The notes under the pieces were generated by a model. It was given only the letters and a program-made list of their open reading frames with translations. It made no database searches and had not been told where the DNA came from. From Candidatus Mycalebacterium zealandia (GTDB taxonomy: Bacteria; Desulfobacterota_D; UBA1144; Nemesobacterales; Mycalebacteriaceae): a DNA stretch of 64,000 bases. The position numbers were made by a program, and so were the translations under genes. This document shows positions 8,980 to 20,135 of this stretch, piece after piece. Where the stretch lies: positions 954,458 to 1,018,457 of the forward strand of contig CP046180.1 in assembly GCA_014075295.1 (NCBI GenBank). Reading direction: 5' to 3'. How positions within the stretch are numbered: the stretch's first letter is position 1; every line of letters begins with the position of its first letter.

Positions 8980-10234
8980 TTTGTAAATCCTGATGGCAAT
9001 CGCTCAACAAGTCAAAAATATTTTTTACCGGATTAAAACTTTCAACGGGAATCTCCACAAAAACGGTTTCCCAACCCGCCATTGCGCCGTTCCACAAACC
9101 CGGCATTTCCAGAGCTTTGATTGGACGCCCCTGAAATGTTTTGTCGGCAACCATAAAAGAGTCGTCCGTATAATTTTGAAGATTGAATTTCCGCCCGTCC
9201 GCGCCACGGACGCTACAGACCATATCAACGGGATTAAAATGAGTCGCAGAGCACCAGACTTTCTCCTGCGCGGAGTCCGAATGATTAACCTCAACGGACT
9301 CAACAATCCTTTTGCTGACGCAGCCCGAAGAGTCCCGAACCCAGAACGGCGCGCCGCCCGGCTCGCCCGTGTTTTTTACGACTCCGCAAACGCGAAACGG
9401 CTTGTCCTGAGGGGTTTTCTCCATCTCTTCAATCAAAACACCCGCAAGCGCTTTTCTGTCGCTTTCGGGATTTTTCATGCGCGAGGCGTGGGCGATGTTA
9501 TCTATGTTTGAAATAAAAACAACGTCCGCTTCAACTGCTCCGAAATTTTCAAGCAGAGCGCCGTGCCCGGCGGGGCGCAAAACCGTTTCGCCGTTTTCAT
9601 CCGTAAGAAGATTGCCGTCCGAATCAAGAACGACCGTGTCGGTTCGTGGGTCCTGCGTGGAGAATGATACGGTGAACCCGTCTCCCGATTGTGTGAGGCG
9701 GTTTTTTTCCTCATCGGAAAAACCTGTGGGAACGGTAAAATGAATTTCGTCTGCGTAGGCGCGCGCGAGTTGGGAATAGTCCTCAAAAGCCGTTGTGGAA
9801 ACGCCGTCGTATCTGTGAAATTTCACAAGCCCCTTTGGAAACCCCTCGTATCCAAGTCCTTGCGCGGAGAGGACAAGTTCCGCAATTTCGTCCGGAGCAA
9901 GAGAGGAAACATCGCTCCGGCGCAAGCGCGCGCAAGCGATTTGAAGATCTTCATAGAAAGCGAATCTTTTGATATTTCGCGTGAATTCTTCAAGCGCGCC
10001 GGAGTCCCGAGCGGTCAAGTCCGCGAACATTCTACTTGCCGCTCCCGAAGCGGGAACAAATACGCAGACGCGATAATCCAGACGTTTTTTGTCATACGTC
10101 TGCCGATGGAGTTTTTTATTTTCTCCGGACAGCGAAACAATTCCGTCTCCAACCGCGCAGGGTTTCACAAGACGGACAAAAGACGGGGGGCTTCCGAGAA
10201 TTTCTATTTGAGAACGAACTGAGAGTTTTTTCAT
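8966..10234 (-). CDS. DUF4301-family protein
   Basis: FVPASGAASRMF, PKGL..FH, RPAGHGAL, NIDN, GEPGGAPFW, THFNPVD, LEMPGLWNGAMA; start moved to ATG 10234 because the upstream part overlaps tRNA-Asp. Confidence 0.85.
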   Translation of the reverse strand: MKKLSVRSQIEILGSPPSFVRLVKPCAVGDGIVSLSGENKKLHRQTYDKKRLDYRVCVFVPASGAASRMFADLTARDSGALEEFTRNIKRFAFYEDLQIACARLRRSDVSSLAPDEIAELVLSAQGLGYEGFPKGLVKFHRYDGVSTTAFEDYSQLARAYADEIHFTVPTGFSDEEKNRLTQSGDGFTVSFSTQDPRTDTVVLDSDGNLLTDENGETVLRPAGHGALLENFGAVEADVVFISNIDNIAHASRMKNPESDRKALAGVLIEEMEKTPQDKPFRVCGVVKNTGEPGGAPFWVRDSSGCVSKRIVESVEVNHSDSAQEKVWCSATHFNPVDMVCSVRGADGRKFNLQNYTDDSFMVADKTFQGRPIKALEMPGLWNGAMAGWETVFVEIPVESFNPVKNIFDLLSDCHQDLQSERN

Positions 10235-10239
10235 GGCGG

Positions 10240-10318
10240 TGGCGGCGCCGACGGGACTTGAACCCGCGGCCTCTGCCTTGACAGGGCAGCGCTCTAAACC
10301 AAGCTGAGCTACGGCGCC
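10240..10318 (-). tRNA. tRNA-Asp(GTC)
   Basis: GGCGCCGTAGCTCAG…CTGTCAA…GGTTCAAGTCC…GCCA; CCA encoded. Confidence 0.95.
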
Positions 10319-10348
10319 TTTATCTATACACATCCTGCGGGGACGAAA

Positions 10349-10423
10349 TGGTGGGCGGTACCGGATTTGAACCAGTGACCCTCTGCTTGTAAGGCAGACG
10401 CTCTCCCACTGAGCTAACCGCCC
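10349..10423 (-). tRNA. tRNA-Val(TAC)
   Basis: GGGCGGTTAGCTCAG…CTTACAA…GGTTCAAATCC…ACCA; CCA encoded. Confidence 0.96.
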
Positions 10424-10482
10424 CGCATAATGAACGGGCTGTTAATCTAACTGAAAAAACAGGATGTGGAAAAGTAATATGA

Positions 10483-11793
10483 CTACGACCCCACTTTTTT
10501 GCGAAGGTTGTAGTGAAAAAGCGGTTTCCCCTCTCCCCTAACCACTTCTTCAGTAACAACGCAACGGTTCAAATTTTTGTCAGACGGAACATCGTAGAGA
10601 ATATCCAGCATTATTGATTCAAGAATCGAGCGCAGACCTCGCGCGCCGGTTTTCCTTTTTATTGACTCTTTCGCGATAAGACTGAGCGCGGAATCGGTAA
10701 ACTCCAAATCAACGCCTTCAAGCCCCATGAGTTTTGTGTATTGCTTCACAAGGGCATTGCGCGGCTTTGTGAGAATGGAAATGAGAGACTCCTCATCCAA
10801 TTCATCAAGCGTGGCGATAACGGGAACTCTTCCGACAAATTCGGGTATCAAGCCGTATTGAATCTGGTCTTCCATCTGCACATCCTTGATTATGGAAGAC
10901 GCGTCTTCCAAGCCAGCTCCTTTGGTGATTTCAGCATTGAAGCCGATTGCGTTTTTGCCCTTTCTTCTCCTGATTATGTCCTCAAGCCCGAAGAACGCTC
11001 CGCCACAAATGAACAAAATGTTAGTTGTGTCCACCTGAACAAAATCCTGCTGCGGATGTTTTCTTCCGCCTTTTGGAGGCACATTTGTTTTGGCGCCCTC
11101 CATAATTTTCAGAAGCGACTGCTGCACGCCTTCGCCTGACACATCACGTGTTATTGAGGGGCTGTCGCCGCTTTTGCGCGCCAACTTGTCTATTTCGTCA
11201 ATGTAGATAATTCCCTTTGACGCCCGCTCAATGTCGTAGTCGGCGTCCTGAAGGAGGCTGACTATCATGTTCTCCACATCCTCGCCGACGTATCCCGCTT
11301 CGGTGTAGCAGGTTGCGTCAACAATCGCGAAGGGAACCTTGAGCATTCTGGCAAAGGTCTGGGCAATCAGGGTTTTTCCGGAACCCGTGGGACCGACAAG
11401 CATTACGTTGCTCTTCTGTATTTCAACATCTGAGTCTTCTCCGTTTTTGGCTTTGAGACGGCTGCCCGCTTCAATTGTCTCTATGCGCCTGTAATGGTTG
11501 TGAACCGCGACCGAAAGAACCTTCTTCGCATGATCCTGACCGATTACATACTCATCAAGAAAACTCTTAATCTCGGACGGCGTCATCAGAGTTGCCACGG
11601 ACTCTTTACGCTTTGAGTAGCCGACTTTGGTGCGCTCTTTCTCTTCCTCTTCTTTGATGATGTCGTTGCAGAGGTCTATGCACTCATTGCAGATATAAAC
11701 ATCATTAGGACCCGCGATGAGTTTTGACACATCGTTTTTGCCCTTACTGCAAAAAGAACAGAGTTGGCCTTCTTCTCTTCCGCCTCGCCTCAT
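10483..11793 (-). CDS. clpX: ATP-dependent Clp protease ATP-binding subunit
   Basis: N-terminal C4 zinc finger, [28 protein letters not shown] loop. Confidence 0.98.
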   Translation of the reverse strand: MRRGGREEGQLCSFCSKGKNDVSKLIAGPNDVYICNECIDLCNDIIKEEEEKERTKVGYSKRKESVATLMTPSEIKSFLDEYVIGQDHAKKVLSVAVHNHYRRIETIEAGSRLKAKNGEDSDVEIQKSNVMLVGPTGSGKTLIAQTFARMLKVPFAIVDATCYTEAGYVGEDVENMIVSLLQDADYDIERASKGIIYIDEIDKLARKSGDSPSITRDVSGEGVQQSLLKIMEGAKTNVPPKGGRKHPQQDFVQVDTTNILFICGGAFFGLEDIIRRRKGKNAIGFNAEITKGAGLEDASSIIKDVQMEDQIQYGLIPEFVGRVPVIATLDELDEESLISILTKPRNALVKQYTKLMGLEGVDLEFTDSALSLIAKESIKRKTGARGLRSILESIMLDILYDVPSDKNLNRCVVTEEVVRGEGKPLFHYNLRKKVGS

Positions 11794-12407
11794 TTCGCCG
11801 CCTCCCCAACCTCTTTAAGCTGATCCCTGCTGTCTATTATTGAGTCTATAACTCCGTAACTCATCGCTTCTTCCGCGGTCATAAAGAAATCCCTGTCGGT
11901 GTCTTTTTCAATGTTTTCAAGGGTTTGCCCGGTGTGCGTTTTCAGAATGCCGTTGAGTTCCTGCCGCACTCTCAAAATTTCCTTCGCGTGTATCTCAATG
12001 TCGCTCGCCTGCCCCTGAATTCCTCCGAGAACCTGATGAATCATAATGCGTGAGTGCGGAAGCGCTTGCCTGCGCCCCGCAGAACCGCCTGCAAGCAGAA
12101 CCGCCGCCATGCTCGCCGCCTGTCCAATGCAGAGGGTCGAAATTTCGTTTTTCACATACTGCATCGTGTCGTAAATCGCGAGGCCCGCCGTAACGTTGCC
12201 GCCCGGAGAATTGATATACAGATTCACGGGCTTGTCCGGATCCTCCGACTCAAGAAACACAAGCTGAGCAATAACAAGATTGGCAATCGCGTCATCTATG
12301 ACCGAACCTATGAAAATAATCCTGTCTCTCAATAGACGGGAAAAAATGTCATAGGAACGCTCGCCTCTTCCTGTCTGCTCCACCACAAATGGAACATAAC
12401 TAGACAT
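11790..12407 (-). CDS. clpP: Clp protease proteolytic subunit
   Basis: [25 protein letters not shown]. Confidence 0.98.
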   Translation of the reverse strand: MSSYVPFVVEQTGRGERSYDIFSRLLRDRIIFIGSVIDDAIANLVIAQLVFLESEDPDKPVNLYINSPGGNVTAGLAIYDTMQYVKNEISTLCIGQAASMAAVLLAGGSAGRRQALPHSRIMIHQVLGGIQGQASDIEIHAKEILRVRQELNGILKTHTGQTLENIEKDTDRDFFMTAEEAMSYGVIDSIIDSRDQLKEVGEAAK

Positions 12408-12426
12408 TATTAGCCACTCGGATTTT

Positions 12427-12456
12427 ATTTTATGATTTTTTGAAGACGGATGTCAA
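12427..12456 (-). promoter_or_regulatory. Putative sigma70 promoter of clpP
   Basis: TTGACA-18 nt-TAAAAT in the tig-clpP gap. Confidence 0.55.
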
Positions 12457-12457
12457 T

Positions 12458-13765
12458 CTAACTTTCGGGATTTGACTCGGGCGTTTTCGGAGGGTCTTCG
12501 GTTTTGATTTCAGCATTTTCGCGCATGAGCTTCATAACTTTGGCGCTCACAATCTGTGAATTGAGTCCGTTGAGAAGACTGTTTTTTTCATAATATTCCC
12601 TAATCTGTTCGTTGGAAACTCCCGTCTGCGAGGCAATGGCGGAAAAACGTTCAGTGAGATCGTTTTCGTTCGCTTCAATTGATTCCGCTTCGGCAATTCT
12701 GCTTATAATCAGAGACAGTTTCACATTTTCGCCCGCTCTTTTATTCAAACTTTCAGACGCCTTTTCATCGATTGGCGGAACATCAATGCCGCGACCTTCA
12801 AAATCCCTTTTCATTTCGGCTTCAAGCCGCTCTCTTTCATCCGCGACAAGACGCGCGGGAACATCAAACTTGGCAACGTCTCCGAGTTTGGCGCATATCT
12901 GCTCGTCAAGACTCGCGTCTCTCATCGCTTCAAGGCGCGCCGTCAAATCTTTTTCTACGTTGCTTTTGAGTCCGGCAACATTGTCGCTTCCCAACTTCTT
13001 GGCAAACTCATCGTCCACCGCGGGAACTTTTCTGTCAAAAACCTGTGTCACCTTCAAAGTGAACTTGACGGATTTGCCCGCCGCCTCTTTTATTTGAAAA
13101 TCCTCAGGGTAGGCAATCTCAAACTCCTTTTCTTCACCGTCCGACATACCGGTTATGTTTTTTTCAAAATCCTCTAGAAGCCGCCCCTTTCCAAGAAGAA
13201 ATCTCACGCCGCTCTTTTCAAGCCCTTCTATGGTTTTGCCGTCTATGGTTCCCCGGTAGTCCACTTCAACAACATCTTCGGCGGCACACGGTCTTTTTTC
13301 CTTAACGGGCTCCACAGTCGCCGAGCCCTCAACTATTTGCTCCAGCGCCTGCTCAACATCCTGCGCGGAAACGGAAATCGGCGCCTGTTTTAATCCCAAT
13401 CCCTTGTAAACCGGCAGTTCAAAAGCCGGCAGAACATCAAAAACCGCCGAATAGGAAAACTCTTTTTCCAAATCAAGATCATTGGGAGTAATGGCGGGTC
13501 TGCTGACCGGAGAGGCGGAAACCTCTTTCAAAGCGTCCTGAAAACTGTTTGTTACGAGGTTTGAAACAAGTTCCTCTTTGATTTCACCCGCGAAAAGTTT
13601 CTCTATTTCCGCTTCGGGAACTTTTCCCTGTCTGAACCCGTCCACTTTGGCGTTGCGCTGGAGTTTTCTGACAATCCCCTCACGCTCAAGACGCACCGTT
13701 TCAGCGGAAATTACGACATCAATCTTTTTCTCTGTGGAACTCCGGTCCTCAACACTAACTTTCAT
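12458..13765 (-). CDS. tig: Trigger factor
   Basis: GFRQGKVP ribosome-binding motif, FKBP domain; tig-clpP-clpX order. Confidence 0.96.
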   Translation of the reverse strand: MKVSVEDRSSTEKKIDVVISAETVRLEREGIVRKLQRNAKVDGFRQGKVPEAEIEKLFAGEIKEELVSNLVTNSFQDALKEVSASPVSRPAITPNDLDLEKEFSYSAVFDVLPAFELPVYKGLGLKQAPISVSAQDVEQALEQIVEGSATVEPVKEKRPCAAEDVVEVDYRGTIDGKTIEGLEKSGVRFLLGKGRLLEDFEKNITGMSDGEEKEFEIAYPEDFQIKEAAGKSVKFTLKVTQVFDRKVPAVDDEFAKKLGSDNVAGLKSNVEKDLTARLEAMRDASLDEQICAKLGDVAKFDVPARLVADERERLEAEMKRDFEGRGIDVPPIDEKASESLNKRAGENVKLSLIISRIAEAESIEANENDLTERFSAIASQTGVSNEQIREYYEKNSLLNGLNSQIVSAKVMKLMRENAEIKTEDPPKTPESNPES

Positions 13766-13792
13766 AAATCACCCTCACCTTGAAAGCAGGGA

Positions 13793-13821
13793 AGGATACA
13801 CATAGGGGCGGGAAAGTTCAA
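13793..13821 (-). promoter_or_regulatory. Putative sigma70 promoter of tig
   Basis: TTGAAC-17 nt-TATCCT. Confidence 0.5.
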
Positions 13822-13834
13822 AAATTACGGCAAC

Positions 13835-14078
13835 TCATACCCAATTTCCCCAACTGTCCTGAAAAATGCACGGAACACCCTCGCGCCTGCAAACTCTGAT
13901 TGTGTGCCCGGTTCCACCGGCTTCAGGGTCGGAAAAATTAACATAAAATAAAGCCGCAACCGGCCTTGGAAACGTATTCACCAGGAATTTCCCTGCGTCC
14001 CTCAAGAAGCACAACAGGGGCATCGGCGCCTCTCACAATCCCGGCAAATTCATCAAGAGTCATCTGTTTGTGTTGCAT
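13835..14078 (-). pseudogene. Internally deleted, frameshifted remnant of a probable SLOG/DprA-like protein
   Basis: N-terminal piece MQHKQMTLDEFAGIVRGADAPVVLLEGRREIP in one frame, C-terminal piece ALFYVNFSDPEAGGTGHTIRVCRREGVP…W in another, joined near 13965. Confidence 0.55.
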
Positions 14079-14098
14079 TTGAAAAAACCAAATTAAAA

Positions 14099-14182
14099 TG
14101 CGAGAGGAGGGACTTGAACCCCCACGGGAAAAATCCCACCAGATCCTAAATCTGGCGCGTCTGCCAATTCCGCCACTCTCGC
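14099..14182 (-). tRNA. tRNA-Leu(TAG)
   Basis: GCGAGAGTGGCGGAATTGGCAGACGCG…TTTAGGA…GGTTCAAGTCC; CCA not encoded. Confidence 0.95.
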
Positions 14183-14219
14183 GGATTATGTGTCGCGGCA
14201 ATGCCGCTCCGCTTTTTCA

Positions 14220-14250
14220 CCCTCACCCTGCCCTCTCCCGGCGGGAGAGG
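14220..14250. repeat. BoxC-like palindromic element
   Basis: CCCTCACCCTGCCCTCTCCCGGCGGGAGAGG: a pyrimidine tract plus a CCTCTCCC/GGGAGAGG stem. Confidence 0.55.
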
Positions 14251-14251
14251 A

Positions 14252-14324
14252 TGGGCCGCAAGGGATTCGAACCCCTGACCATTTGATTAAGAGTCAACTG
14301 CTCTACCAACTGAGCTAGCGGCCC
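14252..14324 (-). tRNA. tRNA-Lys(CTT)
   Basis: GGGCCGCTAGCTCAGTTGGTAGAGC…CTCTTAA…GGTTCGAATCC; CCA not encoded. Confidence 0.96.
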
Positions 14325-14359
14325 CGTGTCTGAAAACCTACCAATACACGCGGGGAAAT

Positions 14360-17008
14360 TCACCCGCCTTCACCCCGCACAACCGAAACAACGCGCGAAT
14401 CAGGTTTGATGTATTTCCTCGCCACGCGCAGAACATCTTCGGGCGTAACGGCTGAAACCTTGCGCGCGAAATCTTTATGTTCGTCCCAACCGACGCCGTA
14501 AAGTTCATCAAAACCCATAATAGACGCCCGCGCCGAGTTACGTTGCAATCCAATTTCAAAATCACCGACCATTTTATTCCGCGCCCTTTTCACTTCATCT
14601 TCGGTTACGCCGTTTTCCAGAAGCGCGTCAAACTGAGCCAGAATTTCATCTCTGGCGGTTTTTTCCTTCTGCGGAGTAGTACCGATGTAAACGCCAAAAT
14701 AACCCGACTCCACACGTGCGCCGTAAAAAGATGAAAGTGAATAAGCAAGGCTCATCTCATCTCTCAGACGGAGAAAAAGCCGCCCGCCCTGACCGGAAAG
14801 AACGGCATTGAGAACCTGCAACGGATAGTAATCCGCGCCGCCTATTTTTGGAGCCGGAAAACCAACCGCGATATGAGTCTGCTGTTTTCCGGGCATTTTT
14901 TTCACCTTAACAACCGGTTTACCCGAAGACTTGCCGCCCGCGGCATGATAGGCAAGGGGTTTAGGCACCCTGCGAAGCGAAGAAAAATCTTTTTCAAGGC
15001 GCGCCATAACTTTCCGCGCGTCAACATCGCCGACAACAACAACAACCATATCTTCGGGGTTCAGTGCTTTTGCGTAAAAATCCGCCGCGTCTTTGCGAGA
15101 AAACTTTTTGACGCGCCCGGGCGTTCCCTCAACCTGCCGTGAATAGGAACCGTTTTTGAACAGCAAGGCGAAAAACCCGTCCAGACAAATTGAAGCAAGG
15201 TTGTCATTTTTTTTGTTAATGGCGGCGAGGATTTCCCTTTTAGCCCTGTGCGCCTCATCTTCGGGGAAAGATGGATTGAGCACCACATCTGAAAAAACAT
15301 CCATCGCGGAATCAAATCCCGAACTGAGCGCCTCCATTGAAATTCCCGCGCTGTCTCTGCCGGAAAAACCCCCTATGTATCCCGCGATGGATTCCATTTC
15401 GGTCGCTATCTGTTCCGCGGAGCGAGTCGCCGTTCCGCGCGTCAGCATATTTACGGTGAAGTTTGAGATGCCGTTTGAGTTTTTGTTTTCAAATCTCAAA
15501 CCGCCCGGAAAAAGCAACTGCGCCGCAAAAAGCGGAACGGATTTGTCTTCCTCAATTATGACCTTGATTCCGTTTTTGAGTTTACGGATGCCTGTTTTGT
15601 AATTTTTGTCCGGGGCGGAAGATGATGGCTTGACGCTCAAAATACTTTGCTTCAAACGCCTGCCTTCAAGCACGGAAGCAATGGGAACAACGGCGACCGC
15701 CGAAAGATTGAAAGGAGTAAAATATTTTGCGGCAACTCTGCGTATGTCGTCCAAAGTAACCGAGCGAACTTTATCCATATATGTTTTTTCAAACTGATAA
15801 TCCCCGGCAATCGCCTCGTAAAAGCCCAGCGCGTGTGCCCTGCCTTGCATTGTTTCCTTTGAGCGCACACCTGCGCTCTCAATGTTGAGTTTCGCCTTTT
15901 CAATCTCCGAATTTTTGAGCCCCTCATCGGCGAGCCCGTAAAACATCCGCAGTATTTCCTCATAAGCGGCAACGGCATTTTCCGGCTTGACTGTTCCGCC
16001 AACAACAAAAATTCCGCCCATACGCGGCGTGTAAGAGTATGAATAAACATTATTTACAAGTCCTTTTTTCTCTTTCACAACCCTGAACAGACGCGAACTC
16101 TCACCCTCTCCCATCGCTTCGGAAATAACGTCAAGCGCGGCAACGTCTTCTTCTCTCAAACCGGGAATTCTGAACGCGAGACCGAAATAGCCCTCGTTCA
16201 CTTCTTTTTTCAAAACTGAAACCGAAGGGGATTTTCGCCCGGAGTCCTTGCGCGCGGAGCACGAAGCGGTTTTGCGTTCTTTGAGCGCGCCAAACCCCTT
16301 CTTCACTCTCGCGAGAGCCTCACGCTTTTCAAAATCGCCCGTAACTACAACAACTATGTTGCCCGGCGAATACCACTTGCGGTAAAAATCCAGAAGTTTG
16401 CCGCGCTTGAAAGACGACACGCTTTTTGCAGTGCCGAGAATGGGATACCCGTACGGGTGTTTTTCGTAAGCCGAGGCGAAAAGCCGCCTGCTCATTACAC
16501 TTTCGGGAGAATCTTTGTCGCGCCGGATTTCCTCTAACACAACTTCAATCTCTTTCTCTATCTCGCCGGGGTCAAAAACTGAATTTGCAACGCTGTCCGC
16601 AAGCAAATCTATGCTTCGGTTAAGCGATCTGCTCGCCACGGTAATGTGATAAACCGTTTGGTCAAAAGAAGTGTGGGCGTTTATTCGCCCGCCTGAAGAT
16701 TCAACCTCAAGCGCGAGGTCGCCCGGAGCAAGCGTGCTTGTGCCCTTGAAAAGCATATGCTCGTGAAAATGCGCGATTCCACGTTCGTTCTCGCCTTCGC
16801 ACGCGCTCCCAACCTTCACCCAGACATTTATCGCCGCCACGGGCGAGGAATGGTTTGGCTCAAGAATGACCGTAAGACCGTTTTTGAGTTTCACTCTGGT
16901 AACTGATGAAATTTCTTTCGCCGCCAAAACATCAACCTCCGCACAAAAAACCATGCTCAACAAAGCAATAACAAAAAGAAAACAGTGCCTCAAAACCAAA
17001 ACCCGCAA
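14360..17008 (-). CDS. M16-family zinc protease (pitrilysin-like), exported
   Basis: HFHEH (HxxEH) motif, duplicated M16 halves, hydrophobic N-terminal signal peptide. Confidence 0.92.
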   Translation of the reverse strand: MRVLVLRHCFLFVIALLSMVFCAEVDVLAAKEISSVTRVKLKNGLTVILEPNHSSPVAAINVWVKVGSACEGENERGIAHFHEHMLFKGTSTLAPGDLALEVESSGGRINAHTSFDQTVYHITVASRSLNRSIDLLADSVANSVFDPGEIEKEIEVVLEEIRRDKDSPESVMSRRLFASAYEKHPYGYPILGTAKSVSSFKRGKLLDFYRKWYSPGNIVVVVTGDFEKREALARVKKGFGALKERKTASCSARKDSGRKSPSVSVLKKEVNEGYFGLAFRIPGLREEDVAALDVISEAMGEGESSRLFRVVKEKKGLVNNVYSYSYTPRMGGIFVVGGTVKPENAVAAYEEILRMFYGLADEGLKNSEIEKAKLNIESAGVRSKETMQGRAHALGFYEAIAGDYQFEKTYMDKVRSVTLDDIRRVAAKYFTPFNLSAVAVVPIASVLEGRRLKQSILSVKPSSSAPDKNYKTGIRKLKNGIKVIIEEDKSVPLFAAQLLFPGGLRFENKNSNGISNFTVNMLTRGTATRSAEQIATEMESIAGYIGGFSGRDSAGISMEALSSGFDSAMDVFSDVVLNPSFPEDEAHRAKREILAAINKKNDNLASICLDGFFALLFKNGSYSRQVEGTPGRVKKFSRKDAADFYAKALNPEDMVVVVVGDVDARKVMARLEKDFSSLRRVPKPLAYHAAGGKSSGKPVVKVKKMPGKQQTHIAVGFPAPKIGGADYYPLQVLNAVLSGQGGRLFLRLRDEMSLAYSLSSFYGARVESGYFGVYIGTTPQKEKTARDEILAQFDALLENGVTEDEVKRARNKMVGDFEIGLQRNSARASIMGFDELYGVGWDEHKDFARKVSAVTPEDVLRVARKYIKPDSRVVSVVRGEGG

Positions 17009-17019
17009 ACAAAATCCGG

Positions 17020-17865
17020 TCAGTTTCCACCGTCCGCGCCGGGGGGTCTGAAATTCCGCGCTCCGGTTTCATCTTCCGCACCCCGTTTTTTGAAATGCTT
17101 CAGAATTGAAAACAGGGGACCGGACGCAAGATAGGAAAACGAAACAAACGCAACCGACACACCGGGACTTGCCGCCACAACCGCTATGAGAATTGACGAG
17201 GTTACAAGAATATCAAATTTTTTGCCGCCGCTGAATCTGCCCAGATTGAAAAATCCTATTTTACGATACCGGACTCCGCTTACCATAAAGAAACCCGTAA
17301 CAGGAGCAATGACCGCATACAAAATCCCCAAATCCATTGGTGGAGCACCGCCAAGTTCGCTCACGATTAAAATCGGTGAAATCATAACTCCGGCCGCCAT
17401 CGGGCTCGGAAGCCCCATAAAGGATCTTTTTTCAACGGAGGATGACTGCATATTGAATCTGGCGAGTCGCAAGACTACGCAAACCGAGTATATGAGAAGC
17501 CCCGTTTTGAGAACGGCTCCGCCCGCGCCTCCGAAAAGCGCGTAAACAAGCAGAGCGGGAGCAACACCGAAGCAAACAGCATCTGAAAGAGAGTCATACA
17601 CAACGCCAAAGCGGTTTTCATCTATGCCGAAAGCGCGAGCGACCTTGCCATCAAGCATGTCAAGAACCATTGCTATGGCAATGAAAGCGGCGGCGCGCCA
17701 AATGAGGTCGCCACTTGCGGAGTAACCGCCCGAAGCGGCTATCTCAACCGAAGAGCCGATGGACAAAAGACCGAAGCACAACCCCGCAGTCGTTACAATG
17801 CTGGGAAGAAAAGTCGTTATACCGCCGTTTTTCACTCTGTTACGAATTCTCTCTCTTTTCATCAC
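17020..17865 (-). CDS. pssA: CDP-diacylglycerol--serine O-phosphatidyltransferase
   Basis: DMLDGKVAR…DSLSD CDP-alcohol motif, LRLARFN, FMGLPSP; adjacent to psd. Confidence 0.92.
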   Translation of the reverse strand: MMKRERIRNRVKNGGITTFLPSIVTTAGLCFGLLSIGSSVEIAASGGYSASGDLIWRAAAFIAIAMVLDMLDGKVARAFGIDENRFGVVYDSLSDAVCFGVAPALLVYALFGGAGGAVLKTGLLIYSVCVVLRLARFNMQSSSVEKRSFMGLPSPMAAGVMISPILIVSELGGAPPMDLGILYAVIAPVTGFFMVSGVRYRKIGFFNLGRFSGGKKFDILVTSSILIAVVAASPGVSVAFVSFSYLASGPLFSILKHFKKRGAEDETGARNFRPPGADGGN

Positions 17866-18527
17866 CCTGCTCCAGCGCCCGCCGTAAAACGCGCGATGAC
17901 AGTTTCGGATCCGACAACCCTGTCTCCCTTTTTAACTCTAACTTCGTATTCGGGAGGAAGAAACAGGTCAATCCTTGAGCCGAACTTTATGATGCCGAAT
18001 CTGTCTCCGCGCTTCAAGCGCGCGCCCTGCGGTGCATGGGAAATTATCCTTCTTGCGATAAAACCCGCGACCTGCGCCACAACGATTTCGGGCGCGCCGC
18101 CGTCCGGCTTCACGAGGGTGGCAAGCTGTTCATTGTGTTTTGAAGCGTTTTTGTCAAATCCGAAAGAAAATCTCCCTTTCCTGTAAACGCTCGCCGTAAC
18201 TTCGCCTGAAACGGGAAACCAGTTCACATGGCAGTCAAATATGGAAAGGAACACGCTCACCCTGGTAACATCGCTGTGAAGAAAACCGTCTTCGCGCTCG
18301 CTTGAAACCTCTATCACCCTGCCATCGGAAGGCGAAATCACCAAGCCATTTTCGGAGGGAGTTGTTCGCGAAGGGTCTCTGAAAAAAAACAGCGTAAACC
18401 CAAACGCGACCAGAAAAAGGAATGACAAAAACACGAAGCCGAAAATCGCGAACACCCAGCCCAGCACTGCAACAGCACAGATAATTGGCAACCCCTCAGG
18501 CGCAATTCTGAAAAACGGTGTGTTCAT
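17862..18527 (-). CDS. psd: Phosphatidylserine decarboxylase proenzyme
   Basis: FFRDP, SPSDG, FLSIFDCHVN, QVAGFIARRI, FGS self-cleavage site. Confidence 0.94.
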   Translation of the reverse strand: MNTPFFRIAPEGLPIICAVAVLGWVFAIFGFVFLSFLFLVAFGFTLFFFRDPSRTTPSENGLVISPSDGRVIEVSSEREDGFLHSDVTRVSVFLSIFDCHVNWFPVSGEVTASVYRKGRFSFGFDKNASKHNEQLATLVKPDGGAPEIVVAQVAGFIARRIISHAPQGARLKRGDRFGIIKFGSRIDLFLPPEYEVRVKKGDRVVGSETVIARFTAGAGAG

Positions 18528-18564
18528 TTTCGCTTTAACCTAAAAACCCGCTCTCACGATTTTT

Positions 18565-20102
<1,538 letters not shown>

Positions 20103-20135
20103 CGTTTAGTCTCCACCGTTCCGCGCGCGGGGCGC

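Noticed and set aside
10232..10246. Kozak-like GCCGCCACCGCCATG before DUF4301
   Set aside because: It derives from the tRNA acceptor/CCA end and is coincidental in a bacterial genome
10234..10333. N-terminal extensions of the DUF4301 ORF (to 10333) and the rdgB ORF (to 42420)
   Set aside because: They read through tRNA-Asp and tmRNA respectively; downstream starts are more plausible
14195..14207. GGCA(A/T)TGCC palindromes at ~14195 and ~45109 as a shared operator
   Set aside because: Too short, GC-rich and in unrelated contexts
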